Below are positions 27,681-38,016 of a stretch of 64,000 bases of DNA, one piece after another. The stretch spans positions 41,839 to 105,838 of the forward strand of contig NZ_DYHZ01000007.1 of the NCBI RefSeq assembly GCF_020723905.1, given 5' to 3'. The position numbers were made by a program, and so were the translations under genes. Each line of letters opens with the position of its first letter. Within the stretch, counting starts at the first letter, position 1. Below the pieces are notes generated by a model. The model was not told where the DNA came from, searched no databases, and worked only from the letters and a program-made list of their open reading frames with translations. This stretch comes from Anaerolinea thermophila (GTDB taxonomy: Bacteria > Chloroflexota > Anaerolineae > Anaerolineales > Anaerolineaceae).

Positions 27681-29025
27681 ACCTCAGCCTTCCACCATGT
27701 ATCGCGGGGATCCCAATTGCCCGATTTGTGGTGGAATCGGATATGTGCGTCGCGACCTTCCCATTGACCACCCGGATTTCGGGAAGGTGGAAATTTGTTC
27801 CTGCCGTTCCGCTGAGGTGGTTCGGGCAACCTTCCAGCGTGCCTACCGCGCCAGTAATTTGCAGGCGCTGGAAAAAATGACCTTTGCCACATTCAATCCG
27901 CGGGGGCGACATGGGCAGGGTGATGCCATGGTGCGCTCGCTGGAAAATGCTTACGAACAGGCGCAGAAGTATGCTCATTCGCTCAATGGCTGGCTGTTGC
28001 TCATTGGCGGTTATGGGGTGGGGAAGACCCATCTGGCGGCGGCAATTGCCCACGAGGCGGTATCTCTGGGCGTGCCTACCCTTTTCCTCACCGTCCCCGA
28101 TTTGCTGGACTGGCTGCGCTATGCTTACGATGCCCCCGATGATACATTTGAAGCCCGCTTTGAGGAAATTCGCAACATTCGTTTGCTGGTGCTGGATGAT
28201 CTCGGAACGCAAAACGCCACTGCCTGGGCGCAGGAAAAACTCTATCAAATCTTCAATCACCGCTACATTCACCGCCTGCCTACGGTGATTACCACCAATC
28301 AGGCGCTGGAAGAAATTGAAGGGCGCATTCAATCTCGCCTGCGCGATGTGGAACTGGTCACCACAGTGCGCATTGAGGCGCAGGATTATCGTCAGCCTCT
28401 CGAAGATACCACCAGACCGCGTCTGTCTGCTCTGCCGCTCTACAGCCGGATGACCTTTGGTACTTTCCACTTCCGCGAGAAAGAAAAGGGCATCACCCCT
28501 GAAGACCGCGCCAACTTGCGCAAAGCCTTTGAGATTGCCTACGAGTTTGCCGAACATCCCCGCGGCTGGCTGGTGCTTTCGGGCGACTATGGCTGTGGCA
28601 AGACCCATCTCGCTGCGGCAATTGGCAATTATCAAGCCAGTCTGGGAAATCCCCCTCTGTTTGTGGTGGTTCCCGATTTGCTCGATCACCTGCGCTCTAC
28701 CTTCAGCCCCACTTCCAATATCTCTTATGATGAGGTGTTTGAAGAGGTGCGTTCGGCTAAGTTGTTGATTCTGGACGATTTGGGTACGCAAAGCGCAACG
28801 CCGTGGGCGCGCGAAAAACTCTATCAGATCATCAATCACCGTTACATTGCCGAGTTACCCACCGTGATTACCACCTCCAGCAAGCCCGATGAGATTGATC
28901 CGCGCATTCGCAGCCGTATGCTGGATCGCCGCCTGTGCACGTGGTTTGCCATCCAGGCGCCTACTTACCTGCCCTCAGAAGAACGTCGCCCGGTGCGCGG
29001 ACGGAAGCCTTCCTCTTCCGGCTAA
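27601..29025 (+). CDS. DnaC/DnaI/IstB-like helicase loader with a Zn-binding N-terminus and two tandem AAA+ domains
   Basis: CPICGG..CSC, then two repeats: GGYGVGKTHL/LVLDDLG/TVITTN/RIQSRL and GDYGCGKTHL/LILDDLG/TVITTS/RIRSRM. A GGAGG RBS lies 9 nt before ATG 27601. Confidence 0.9.
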   Translation: MEKIDGPLKRIADAISKGNTPTSSNTEPQPSTMYRGDPNCPICGGIGYVRRDLPIDHPDFGKVEICSCRSAEVVRATFQRAYRASNLQALEKMTFATFNPRGRHGQGDAMVRSLENAYEQAQKYAHSLNGWLLLIGGYGVGKTHLAAAIAHEAVSLGVPTLFLTVPDLLDWLRYAYDAPDDTFEARFEEIRNIRLLVLDDLGTQNATAWAQEKLYQIFNHRYIHRLPTVITTNQALEEIEGRIQSRLRDVELVTTVRIEAQDYRQPLEDTTRPRLSALPLYSRMTFGTFHFREKEKGITPEDRANLRKAFEIAYEFAEHPRGWLVLSGDYGCGKTHLAAAIGNYQASLGNPPLFVVVPDLLDHLRSTFSPTSNISYDEVFEEVRSAKLLILDDLGTQSATPWAREKLYQIINHRYIAELPTVITTSSKPDEIDPRIRSRMLDRRLCTWFAIQAPTYLPSEERRPVRGRKPSSSG

Positions 29026-30053
29026 TAGCCTCTTTCTGGTTCGTATAGATTAAAGAGTTTTTCTCCCTGAATGTATCGCCGGAGATTGGCGGCAAACAGT
29101 GCCATGGCACGTTCGTCATAATGCGCACTGAGCCCTGCAATGTGTGGGCTGATGATGAGGTTGGGGGCTTTCCACAGAGGGCTGGTGGGTGCCAGCGGTT
29201 CTTCGGCAAAGACATCCAGCGCCGCGCCGCCCAGCCGTTTATCCTGCAAGGCTTCCAGAAGGGCTGTTTCATCCACTACACCGCCTCGCCCAATGACGAC
29301 CAGAAACGCTCCGGGTTTGAGCGCCGACAGTTCGCTGGCGCCGATCATCCCCCGTGTCTGAGGGGTAAGTGGCACGGTGATGACCGCAAAGTCGCACTCC
29401 CGGAACATGGTTCGCAGTGCCTGATAGGGATAGAGGCGGGTGAAGTAAATTCCCTGAGGATCTCCCAACCCTTCGGGGATGTACTCCTCATCTTGAGGGT
29501 GGCGCACATCGCGCTTGCATGCCAGTACCCGTACACCCAGCGGTTGAAGCAGGCGTGCCAGTTCTCGCCCGATGGAGCCATACCCTACAATGCCTACCGT
29601 GCTGGAGCGCAGTTCCACGGGACGAAAGCGTTCCCAGCGGTCATGTGCCCATTCCGCGCGGTTTTGAGCGCTCATTAATGCCGGCAGGCGATGCGCCAGT
29701 GCCAGCATCATGGTGAGGGCAAACTCAGCGGTCTGTGCCGCCGCCGCGCCGCTGAGGTTGGTGACCTTTAACTCAGGTTTCTGCAAAAGGGGGGAATCTA
29801 CCGCAAAATCAATGCCGGCAAAATGAAATTGAATCCATCGCAGGGAGGGTACCTGTTCGGGCGCAGGCAGGACGCGGTCGGTGTACAGTACTTCAGTTTT
29901 TGCCCACACCTCGGCGGGGATATCCTCCGGGCGGCGGGCTGGTATGATAGAAAGGTTGACGTTGGGGCTGAATTCTCGAATGGGTTCCAGGACCTCTTCC
30001 CGCAGAGGGAGGGTGATCAGGATCTCGATGGGGGCACGCAGGTTGATCTCCAT
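29022..30053 (-). CDS. D-2-hydroxyacid dehydrogenase (NAD-binding)
   Basis: GIVGYGSIG, IGRGGVVDE, LDVFAEEP, SPHIAG. Confidence 0.92.
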   Translation of the reverse strand: MEINLRAPIEILITLPLREEVLEPIREFSPNVNLSIIPARRPEDIPAEVWAKTEVLYTDRVLPAPEQVPSLRWIQFHFAGIDFAVDSPLLQKPELKVTNLSGAAAAQTAEFALTMMLALAHRLPALMSAQNRAEWAHDRWERFRPVELRSSTVGIVGYGSIGRELARLLQPLGVRVLACKRDVRHPQDEEYIPEGLGDPQGIYFTRLYPYQALRTMFRECDFAVITVPLTPQTRGMIGASELSALKPGAFLVVIGRGGVVDETALLEALQDKRLGGAALDVFAEEPLAPTSPLWKAPNLIISPHIAGLSAHYDERAMALFAANLRRYIQGEKLFNLYEPERGY

Positions 30054-30206
30054 GTTTTGATTATACAATTGGAATCGCCTTGAAGACGGCGCCCAGGGAA
30101 CAGGTTTGGGAACAGCCGGCTTTTCTGAAGACATTTTTGCAATTTTTGGGTAACTTTTCTGTTTTCAAAATATGCTATACTCTCAAAAAGGGGTTGGAAG
30201 AGTGCC

Positions 30207-31785
30207 ATGGATGAAACCTCGCGAACCACGCTAACTGCTGTACAACATCAGCCGGGAACTCACCTCGGATCTGGATTTGCGCACGGTGCTTTCGCGGGTG
30301 CTGATGCTTTCCAGTCGCCATGTGGGCGCAGAGCGCGCCAGCATCATTGTTCTGGATGGCAATCAGGCGGTGGAGGGGGCGCTCATTGTCAACGATTTTC
30401 TTCTGGAGCGCAGCGTTGAGCATTGGAACAATGTATTGCAGGATGGTCTGGCAGGGTGGGTCTTGCGTAACCGCCAGGCAGTGATGCTCAGCGATACCAG
30501 CCGGGATGAGCGTTGGGCGCAGCGTCCCGATGATGCGGCTAGCCGAACAGGAGCAAAATCGGCTATTTGTGTGCCTGTGATGGCACGCGAGCAGGTTGTG
30601 GGGATTCTCACCATTGTTCACCCCAAACCGCTTTTCTTCAATCAGGAGCATCTCGCGCTGGTGCAGTCTATCGCCGATCAGGCGGGGATTGCCATCTACA
30701 ATGCGCGTTTGTATAACTCTTTGCAGGCGGTCACCCGCCGCTATCGAGAACTGTTTGACGACAGCATTGATCCGATCTGCATAACCAGTTTGAACGGACA
30801 GATCCTGGAAGCCAACCGCCAGGCAATTTCACTGACCGGCTATCCTGCTGAAGTGCTGGCGGAAAAATCCATTCTGGAATTGCTTAAACTTCCCGCCGAC
30901 TGGTTGAGCGTGAACGCCGAACCTCTTGGGGCAGGGCAGACTTTGCGCCAGGAAGGGTTGCTCTGGACAGCAGATCAATCGGCTGTACCGGTTGAGGTGC
31001 ATGTGCGCAAAGTGGCGTTTCCCAGCGGAGATGTCCTGCAGTGGATTTTGCAGGACATTACCGAGCGCAAGCAACTGGATGCCCTGCGTGATGACCTGAT
31101 GGCAATGGTTTATCACGACCTGCGTTCTCCGCTTTCCAATATTATTTCCAGTTTGGAAATGCTGAATATGCTCTTACCGGTGAGCGATGATGAGAACCTG
31201 CGGGCTTTGCTCAGCATCGCCATCCGCTCCACCGGGCGTATGCAACGGTTGATTAACACCCTGCTGGATATTTACCGTCTGGAAGCCGGTCAACCTATCA
31301 CCAATCGAACCAGAACCGAGGTGGCTCCGCTGGTTTATGAAGCGGTGGATACCATTCTGCCGGTAGCCGAGAACAAAGGCCAGCAGGTGGATGTCCAAAT
31401 CGAACCTAACCTGCCGCCTCTGGATATTGACACGGATATGATTCGCCGTGTGCTGATTAATTTGATGGATAATGCCACCAAATATACCTCCTTCAAGGGA
31501 AAAATTTTCCTCTCGGTGTGCCGGAAAGGGGATCGGGTGGAGTTTTCCGTTTGCGATAACGGTCCCGGCATCCCTCCCGATGCGCTGGAAGTCATCTTTG
31601 ATAAATTTGCCCGTTTGCAATCTGAACGTTTCCCGAAAGGGATTGGTCTGGGACTGGCTTTTTGTCGCCTGGCAGTTCGCTCGCATGGGGGAGAAATCTG
31701 GGTGGAAAGCAAAGTGAATGAAGGCAGTTGCTTTACCTTTGCCCTGCCCGTTTCACCCGGTGATGGCGAATCGCCTTCCGGTTAA
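30207..31785 (+). pseudogene. GAF-PAS sensor histidine kinase with an apparent frameshift at about 30234 (or a sequencing error); possibly expressed from TTG 30277
   Basis: ATG 30207 reads MDETSRTTL in one frame, and LLYNISRELTSDLDLRTV continues in the +1 frame after a lone A at 30234. Downstream are GAF, PAS, H-box YHDLRSPL and GIGLGL. Confidence 0.7.
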
Positions 31786-31899
31786 CTGACCTTTGACCCT
31801 CTGTTTTGGGGACGGATCCCAGCATATACCTTGCTGTTAAGAAAAGGATTTCTCTCTATGGATCTCCCTTCTGTTTACACCCCCTCCAATTGAACCGGT

Positions 31900-32349
31900 A
31901 TGAACACGCAAGCCTCTCTTAAGAAAATTTTGTTAAATGATTATGGCGCTTTTTTAGGCTGGGTGGCTCCCCTTTTTTACCTGGGGGTCATTTTCCTGCA
32001 GTTCTTCCTGGGAGAAAATCTGGTCACCATTCAGAGTCTGGCGCTGGTACTGCTTCCGGTTTCCCTGATTTTTCTCGCGGTGCTTTTCTGGCGTGTGTAT
32101 ACCATTCGCCGGGTGTTTGAGGAAGGCACCCAGGTATCTGCTACGGTGGTACGGGTTTCTTTTTATCGCGACCGCGGCAGGGTAGAAGTGGTGTACATGT
32201 TTCAGGGCGAGCGATATCTTTCCCGGAATATAGTCGTGAAGAATAAAACGACCCGTGCTCTGGTTGAGGGAATGCCGGTAATCGTACTGGTGGATCAGGG
32301 AAACCCGCGCCGTGCATTTATTCGAGAATTGTATGCAGGAGATGAATAA
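31900..32349 (+). CDS. Two-TM membrane protein with a DUF3592-like C-terminal domain
   Basis: Two hydrophobic helices, then G..V.A.V..RVEVVYMFQG..V.VLVDQGNPRRA. Confidence 0.65.
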   Translation: MNTQASLKKILLNDYGAFLGWVAPLFYLGVIFLQFFLGENLVTIQSLALVLLPVSLIFLAVLFWRVYTIRRVFEEGTQVSATVVRVSFYRDRGRVEVVYMFQGERYLSRNIVVKNKTTRALVEGMPVIVLVDQGNPRRAFIRELYAGDE

Positions 32350-32351
32350 GG

Positions 32352-32615
32352 ATGGAAGTTCGGTTTCAAGGGCGTTACACACCGATATCCATTTTACGAG
32401 GGGCTGTTTTACTCTCAGGGTCTTCACCAGTCTGGTATTTTCTGCGTCTGGCGGCTTTCGTTGCATTTCTGGGGCTGTTTGTGGTTTATGGGGTGGACGT
32501 ATTGACCGCACCGGGAGACTCTTCTGTCCGCTGGATGCGTTTATTTTTCAGGGATAAGCCATTTGCCGGAGTAATTTCTCATCATTTTTTGAGGTGTGTA
32601 TGCGTCTGGCGCTGA
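32352..32615 (+). CDS. Short hydrophobic ORF, possibly a truncated membrane-protein remnant
   Basis: Starts 2 nt after the previous stop, has a hydrophobic stretch and overlaps the next start. No family was recognised with confidence. Confidence 0.3.
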   Translation: MEVRFQGRYTPISILRGAVLLSGSSPVWYFLRLAAFVAFLGLFVVYGVDVLTAPGDSSVRWMRLFFRDKPFAGVISHHFLRCVCVWR

Positions 32616-33319
32616 TTCCGCTTGCCATTACCCCCCGCAAACGGGAACAGAATTTTCATCGGTTTGAGTGTATTCTGGAAGATGTCCTCCGGCACCAGCC
32701 CGATTTGATTTGTCTTCCGGAGTGCGCCTTCACGGGTTATCTCTATGAAGAATCTGACCTGCGCGAATTTGCCGAACCGCTGGATGGGGTTTCCATCTCT
32801 GCAATGGCGAATCTTGCCCGCCGGCATGGGGTCTTTCTTGTCTTTGGTTTCCTGGAGCGCACACCCGATGGGGTATACGACTCGGCAGTTTTGCTGAATC
32901 CTTTGGGGGAAATCTGCCTGATTCATCGCAAGGTGATGGAACATGCTCCCTTTTTACGTGGGAGGAATGCTTCGGTTGCTGAAACCGAAGTGGGCAAACT
33001 GGGACTGCTGATTTGCGGAGACCTCTTTCATGAAGAAGTGCTGGCAACCCTGCCCCGGGATGTGCGCCTGTTACTGGTGCCCATGTCGCGGGGATTTGAT
33101 GGACGCTCTCCCGACATGCAGCGCTGGGAAAACGAAGAGCGTGCTGCCTACAGCGATGCGATTCGACAGGCAGGCGTACTCACGGCGCTGGTGAACTGCC
33201 TGGAACAGAATACCCCTGAAGGGGCGTTTGGCGGGGCAATGCTGGTGAATGCACAGGGCAGGGTGCTGGCGGAATCGCCACACGGGAGTGATATGCCTCT
33301 GATCGTGTCTCTTCAGTAA
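32600..33319 (+). CDS. Carbon-nitrogen hydrolase (nitrilase superfamily)
   Basis: Glu-Lys-Cys triad: LPEC, HRK, ICGD. Confidence 0.92.
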   Translation: MRLALIPLAITPRKREQNFHRFECILEDVLRHQPDLICLPECAFTGYLYEESDLREFAEPLDGVSISAMANLARRHGVFLVFGFLERTPDGVYDSAVLLNPLGEICLIHRKVMEHAPFLRGRNASVAETEVGKLGLLICGDLFHEEVLATLPRDVRLLLVPMSRGFDGRSPDMQRWENEERAAYSDAIRQAGVLTALVNCLEQNTPEGAFGGAMLVNAQGRVLAESPHGSDMPLIVSLQ

Positions 33320-34167
33320 TTGGTGGTGATGTCCAGATTGCCTCGCTCGCGGGCGATGAAGTCACAGCGGCGGAAGATGAACACTGAAGCTGTTCCAAAC
33401 ACCAGTGATGCCGCAATCAGCACCAGGAAAAGGGTTTCGTTGGAAAGCGCTGCAAATGTTGGAAAGGCTTGTGCCACTTCTCCCACCAGCGCGCGGCGGA
33501 GCAGTTCCAGCCAGTAGGTGATGGGTAGAGCGTACCCCACCGGTCTGAGCCAGACAGGCAGGATCTCCAGTGGAAAGATGGCGCCTGTAAAGAGGAACAG
33601 CCCTCCTGCCACCACATCTCCAATATAGTAGGAATGGCGCGCCGTCAACAGGGTGATACCCGCCAGAATCAATCCCAGAAGCGCCATCATGATAATGCCC
33701 AGCGCCAGCGAGAGCAGGAACACCCCCCAGTGCACCTGCGCCCAGTTAATGCGGACGTGCAGGAAGAGCACTCCCGCGGCGATGGTGATGATCACCCCGA
33801 TTGTGGCGATGATAAACTTGGCAACAGCCCGCCCGAACAGATAAAACGGGATGTTCACCGGTGCGACATAGATGTACTTGAGCGTGCGGTAGTGTTCCCG
33901 GTCATCAATGATGGTCCACGAAACGCCGCTCAGCACCGCCGGGACATACTGATAAAAGGCATTTCCCAGAAACAGATAGGCAAATACCGGCGAGTCAAAC
34001 TGTCCCTGGGTGACAATGGCGTACATGATGACCAGAATTGCCGCACCTGCCACTGGCTTGATGATGGAATATGTGGCAAACAGGAAAGGATCCGTCCAGT
34101 TGGATTCAATTTGCCAGCCCAGCCAGGCGGCGGTGAGGAAAGAGCGCAGAGGAATCGAACGGTTCAT
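33313..34167 (-). CDS. ABC-2 type exporter permease
   Basis: Six TMs, DREHYRTLKYIYVAP, TGAIFPLEILP..LPITY. Confidence 0.88.
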   Translation of the reverse strand: MNRSIPLRSFLTAAWLGWQIESNWTDPFLFATYSIIKPVAGAAILVIMYAIVTQGQFDSPVFAYLFLGNAFYQYVPAVLSGVSWTIIDDREHYRTLKYIYVAPVNIPFYLFGRAVAKFIIATIGVIITIAAGVLFLHVRINWAQVHWGVFLLSLALGIIMMALLGLILAGITLLTARHSYYIGDVVAGGLFLFTGAIFPLEILPVWLRPVGYALPITYWLELLRRALVGEVAQAFPTFAALSNETLFLVLIAASLVFGTASVFIFRRCDFIARERGNLDITTNY

Positions 34168-34182
34168 GAGACCTGTATCCTT

Positions 34183-35022
34183 TTACCGGCGGTTTTCCGT
34201 CAACCGCCCTTCCTGAATGGCAAGTTTTTCGATAAACGCCAGTAAATAGCGCGCGCCAATCAGGAATACCACACTGAGCACAATCAGCACGAGGATTTCC
34301 ACCTCTACGCTGAGAAAGCCCAGTGCCGCTCCGTTGACGAAGATCAACTGGCGCATGGCATCCAGCCCCAGAGTCAACGGGATGAGCGAGGCTCCCGCCG
34401 CCGCCCAGAAGCCCAGATTCTTCACCGGAAAGTACATACCCGTGACCAGATAGACGGGTTCCATTGCCAGATTTGCCAGGTGCCACGCTTCCCGGCTGAA
34501 CAGCAGGAACAAAGAGGCGCTCATCATGCCCAGTCCGTACAAAGCCACCATGCTCAGCGAGAACACTGCAAACAGTTTCCAGAAGGAAACAACAGTGTAT
34601 TGCACCTGAAACAGCCATGAACCAATCCATAAAATTGCCACTGCGCGGAGCAGGGTTGCCACCAGCCCGCCAATTGCCATGCCCAGCAAAATTGCCATCA
34701 TACTGGCAGGGGAGATGATGTACAGCGCCAGATTGCCCTGTTCCTTTTCCCAGTACAACTGGCTGGACATGCTCCATAGAATGTTCATCCAGAACGCTGT
34801 CATGGCGCCGCCCAGCACGACGAAACCCACATACTCTTCCGGCGCGCGGATGGCGCGGTACACGAAGACGTACGCCGCCACGCTCAGCAGAGGCAGGAAG
34901 ACATCGAAGAACACCCACGAGCGTTCCCTCTGCATGCCCACCACACGGGGATAGGCTCTGCCCCACACGGTCATCCAGAAAAGACGCGCTCCGCTGGCAC
35001 GCCGCTCAATCGGCGGGAGCAT
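34183..35022 (-). CDS. ABC-2 type exporter permease
   Basis: WEKEQGNLALYIISP, TGMYFPV..LIPLTLGLDAMR. Confidence 0.88.
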   Translation of the reverse strand: MLPPIERRASGARLFWMTVWGRAYPRVVGMQRERSWVFFDVFLPLLSVAAYVFVYRAIRAPEEYVGFVVLGGAMTAFWMNILWSMSSQLYWEKEQGNLALYIISPASMMAILLGMAIGGLVATLLRAVAILWIGSWLFQVQYTVVSFWKLFAVFSLSMVALYGLGMMSASLFLLFSREAWHLANLAMEPVYLVTGMYFPVKNLGFWAAAGASLIPLTLGLDAMRQLIFVNGAALGFLSVEVEILVLIVLSVVFLIGARYLLAFIEKLAIQEGRLTENRR

Positions 35023-36034
35023 GGGATTCACCTTCCACCTCCTCCAGACGCTGTCCCACCAGATGGACAAACACATCTTCCAGTGTGGGTTGACGTTTCT
35101 CCAATCGCAGAATGCGGGCTTGCGATTCCACCAGCCGGTTCAGCACCGCGGTTAACAGGTTTTCTTCATCCAGAATGAGTTCAAGGCGCAGGGCGCCGTT
35201 TTCAAAAGTCTGGTGAAAATGGCGCAGCCCCCCAAGGGTTTTAAATGCCTGTTCTTCCAGAAGGTTTTCCCGCTGTACCCATACCTGAAAGATGGCTTCG
35301 TGCTGCAATTGTTGTTTCAGGTTGCCGGGTGTGTCGCATGCCAGTACCCGCCCCTGGTTGATAATCGCCACCCGATCACACAACTCTTCGGCTTCTACCA
35401 TATAGTGCGTGGTAAGCAGAAGGGTGCGCTGTGGGTTTTCGTCCATCCACCGACGGATGAAGGCACGTACATCGCGCGAGGCGCCCACGTCCAGTCCCAG
35501 GGTAGGTTCATCCAGAAAGAGAACCTCCGGGTCGGTGAGGAAACCGCGCACAATGTTCATCTTCTGGCGCAGCCCTGTGGAAAGGTCGGCTGATTTGGTG
35601 TTCAGGCGGTCTTTCATGCCCACGATTTCCATCAACATGTCAATACGCCGGTAGGCTTCTTTGCTTTCGATGCCGTAAAACTGTGCGAACATCCACAGGT
35701 TTTCACGTACGGTCAGTAAACCGTAGCCCGAGGTTTCACCGCCGGACACCATGTTGATCCGCTTGCGCACTTCTCCAGCCTGAGTGAGCACGTCATACCC
35801 TGCCACGCTGGCTTTACCGCTGGTAGGTGCCAGCAGGGTGGTGAGGATCTTAATCAGGGTCGTTTTTCCGGCGCCGTTAGGACCCAGTAATCCAAACAGT
35901 TCTCCCCGCTGGACCTCCAGGTTGACATCCTGCAGGGCAACCAGTTCGCGAAAGGCTTCTTTGCGGTTATTGCGGATTTTGTACACCCGCCCGAGGTGTT
36001 CGGTGCGAATTGCAGAAGGTTCTTCCATTTCCAT
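35006..36034 (-). CDS. ABC exporter ATP-binding protein (DrrA-like)
   Basis: GPNGAGKTT, LSTGLRQK, LFLDEPTLGLD, TTHYM, PTLEDVF. Confidence 0.93.
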   Translation of the reverse strand: MEMEEPSAIRTEHLGRVYKIRNNRKEAFRELVALQDVNLEVQRGELFGLLGPNGAGKTTLIKILTTLLAPTSGKASVAGYDVLTQAGEVRKRINMVSGGETSGYGLLTVRENLWMFAQFYGIESKEAYRRIDMLMEIVGMKDRLNTKSADLSTGLRQKMNIVRGFLTDPEVLFLDEPTLGLDVGASRDVRAFIRRWMDENPQRTLLLTTHYMVEAEELCDRVAIINQGRVLACDTPGNLKQQLQHEAIFQVWVQRENLLEEQAFKTLGGLRHFHQTFENGALRLELILDEENLLTAVLNRLVESQARILRLEKRQPTLEDVFVHLVGQRLEEVEGESHAPAD

Positions 36035-36164
36035 TCCGATTCATGAACCCAGTAATGATACGAATGGGGCGCATTCTCGCGCCCCGATGACGCCCGGTTT
36101 TCTTTCCATGAGAGATTGTAGAATTTATGTTCTGAATTGTCAAGGTTGAAAAATTACCCTGCTT

Positions 36165-37880
36165 TCAAGGCGCTATCCGTTCCAGCACCAGCCCCTGGGA
36201 ATCACGGTATACGATCTTCCAACGTTTCCAGAAATCTTCCGATGGCTGGAAAGGGTCTCCGTGAGGAATCACCACCAGATATTGCGGATCCAGTTGAGGT
36301 ACCATGTGTTCCCGTCCCAGCGGATACTGCCTTTTGGTGGGGAAGTTGGTGTATCCGGGACCATACAGGTAGTAAAATACGCCGCCTTCAACCTGAATCA
36401 CTTTATGACGAAGGTTGCGTTGCACGAAATCGTAGGCGCTGTGATATCCATCCACTCCGACCGACTCGCGGAATTCATCTCGCAGGACGATGGCATTCTG
36501 GGGGTTCAACCGGTACAGGTCGCGGGTGTAGATGACCAGTCCACACGCAATGAGGATGGCGGGAACAGCAATCCACACCGGCGGGAGACGCTTGAGGACG
36601 GCGTTCAGGAAAGGCTCGATCAGCGCCAGCAGGACAACAACCTCGTATGCCACCAGGGCAATCCCCAGCCGCCATGCGGTTTGTGTGGGCACCTGGGTGG
36701 TCTTCATAAAGCCCGATTCGGGGGTGAAAATGAACCCGATGAACAGGAGCAGGAAAGCCACAGGAATGCGCCAGTACGGCTTTTTCCTCAGCAGGGTAAG
36801 CGCAAGGCTGACGCCGAGGACAACCAGCAGGAAGACAAAATTGCGTGGCAGGTAGTTGTAAAAGTAAGGGTTGGTCAGGTTGTTAGCAATGCTCCATTCA
36901 TTCATCTCCCATACCCCTTCAGGGAAGATGGTGTGAATGATGAACAGGTTGCGCACTGCCCATAACCCTCCGGGGATGATAAACAGCGCAGAAAAGCCCA
37001 GTTCGCGCCAGCGCGGTGTGGTTTTCCATCCTTTGAGCCATTCCCACAGCACTGCAAGCCATAGTGGGGCGACTGCAAACATGCCTCCCGGCTTGGTTGC
37101 CAGCACCAGCAGTGTGGCGTATACCAGCCCGGGCAGATGGATACGGCTGTTCTGTGGGGTGCGTCCCAGCGGGGCATGGGCGAATGCGGCAATCACCCCC
37201 GTGGCAAGAAAGAGGTCATTCTTGCCGATCATATGGGATTGATCCAGAAAAATATAGAAAGGGTTCCCCCGCACAGTTATGGCTTCGCTGACGAAAATCA
37301 ATCCGGCAAGAAACATTAAAACCCCATCCGGAAGGGTGGTAGCCCGCCGCGCCAGAAGCCACAGCCCCAGAAAGGCGGTCAGTGCTGTGAGTGCATGGAT
37401 CAGCCCGAAGAAAGTTTCTTTCCCAGCCAGCAGTAGAGCAAAAGAAAGCATGGATTCATATCCAAATGGAAATTCCCCGTAAGGAATAGACAGATCCCAG
37501 ACATTGCCGCTTTTGTACAGTTCCACTGCTTTGGGGAAGTGGTATGCGCCGGCATCCCAGTGCAGGGTCTCGCTGACCGGCGAGAGGGGCCAGAGTGCGG
37601 TGGGGATAACGGCAATTGCCAGCACCAGTAGTATCCCCGCTACAGCCAGAACGTGGTTAGCCCATGCGGGTAAGGGGCGTTCTTCAGGAAGTTGGGCGAG
37701 AAAAGCCTCTCCTCCCCAGCGCCAGTAAATTCGCACTGCCAGAACGGTCAGTAAAACGGTGAGGGGAATGACAGCAATGGCGCGGTAAATCCCGGCAAGC
37801 CCCAGTACCTGCGCAGTGAATACCTGTGCAAAGAAGAATGCCAGCAGTCCAGCATAGAGGCTGAGGAAAAAGCGTCTCAC
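36165..37880 (-). CDS. Polytopic membrane protein, possibly a GT-C-fold glycosyltransferase
   Basis: About 13 TM segments, a WDAGAYH motif in the first large loop, GKND and ATKP motifs, and a soluble C-terminal domain. Confidence 0.55.
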   Translation of the reverse strand: MRRFFLSLYAGLLAFFFAQVFTAQVLGLAGIYRAIAVIPLTVLLTVLAVRIYWRWGGEAFLAQLPEERPLPAWANHVLAVAGILLVLAIAVIPTALWPLSPVSETLHWDAGAYHFPKAVELYKSGNVWDLSIPYGEFPFGYESMLSFALLLAGKETFFGLIHALTALTAFLGLWLLARRATTLPDGVLMFLAGLIFVSEAITVRGNPFYIFLDQSHMIGKNDLFLATGVIAAFAHAPLGRTPQNSRIHLPGLVYATLLVLATKPGGMFAVAPLWLAVLWEWLKGWKTTPRWRELGFSALFIIPGGLWAVRNLFIIHTIFPEGVWEMNEWSIANNLTNPYFYNYLPRNFVFLLVVLGVSLALTLLRKKPYWRIPVAFLLLFIGFIFTPESGFMKTTQVPTQTAWRLGIALVAYEVVVLLALIEPFLNAVLKRLPPVWIAVPAILIACGLVIYTRDLYRLNPQNAIVLRDEFRESVGVDGYHSAYDFVQRNLRHKVIQVEGGVFYYLYGPGYTNFPTKRQYPLGREHMVPQLDPQYLVVIPHGDPFQPSEDFWKRWKIVYRDSQGLVLERIAP

Positions 37881-38016
37881 AACAATCCTCCTGTGGTTCT
37901 GGAAGAAATTGAAAAATGGTACTTTTTCTCAAGCATGATACCACGAAAATCCTTTCCTTCTACAGGAGCAGGCGTAAAATGGAGATGTTTCCCAACGTTT
38001 TTTCAAGGAGGATTGC

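Noticed and set aside
25613-29025. Prophage or IS21 element suggested by DnaD and IstB-like domains
   Set aside because: There is no integrase, IstA transposase, terminal repeat or phage structural gene. The cluster includes full-length dnaB and sits among housekeeping genes.
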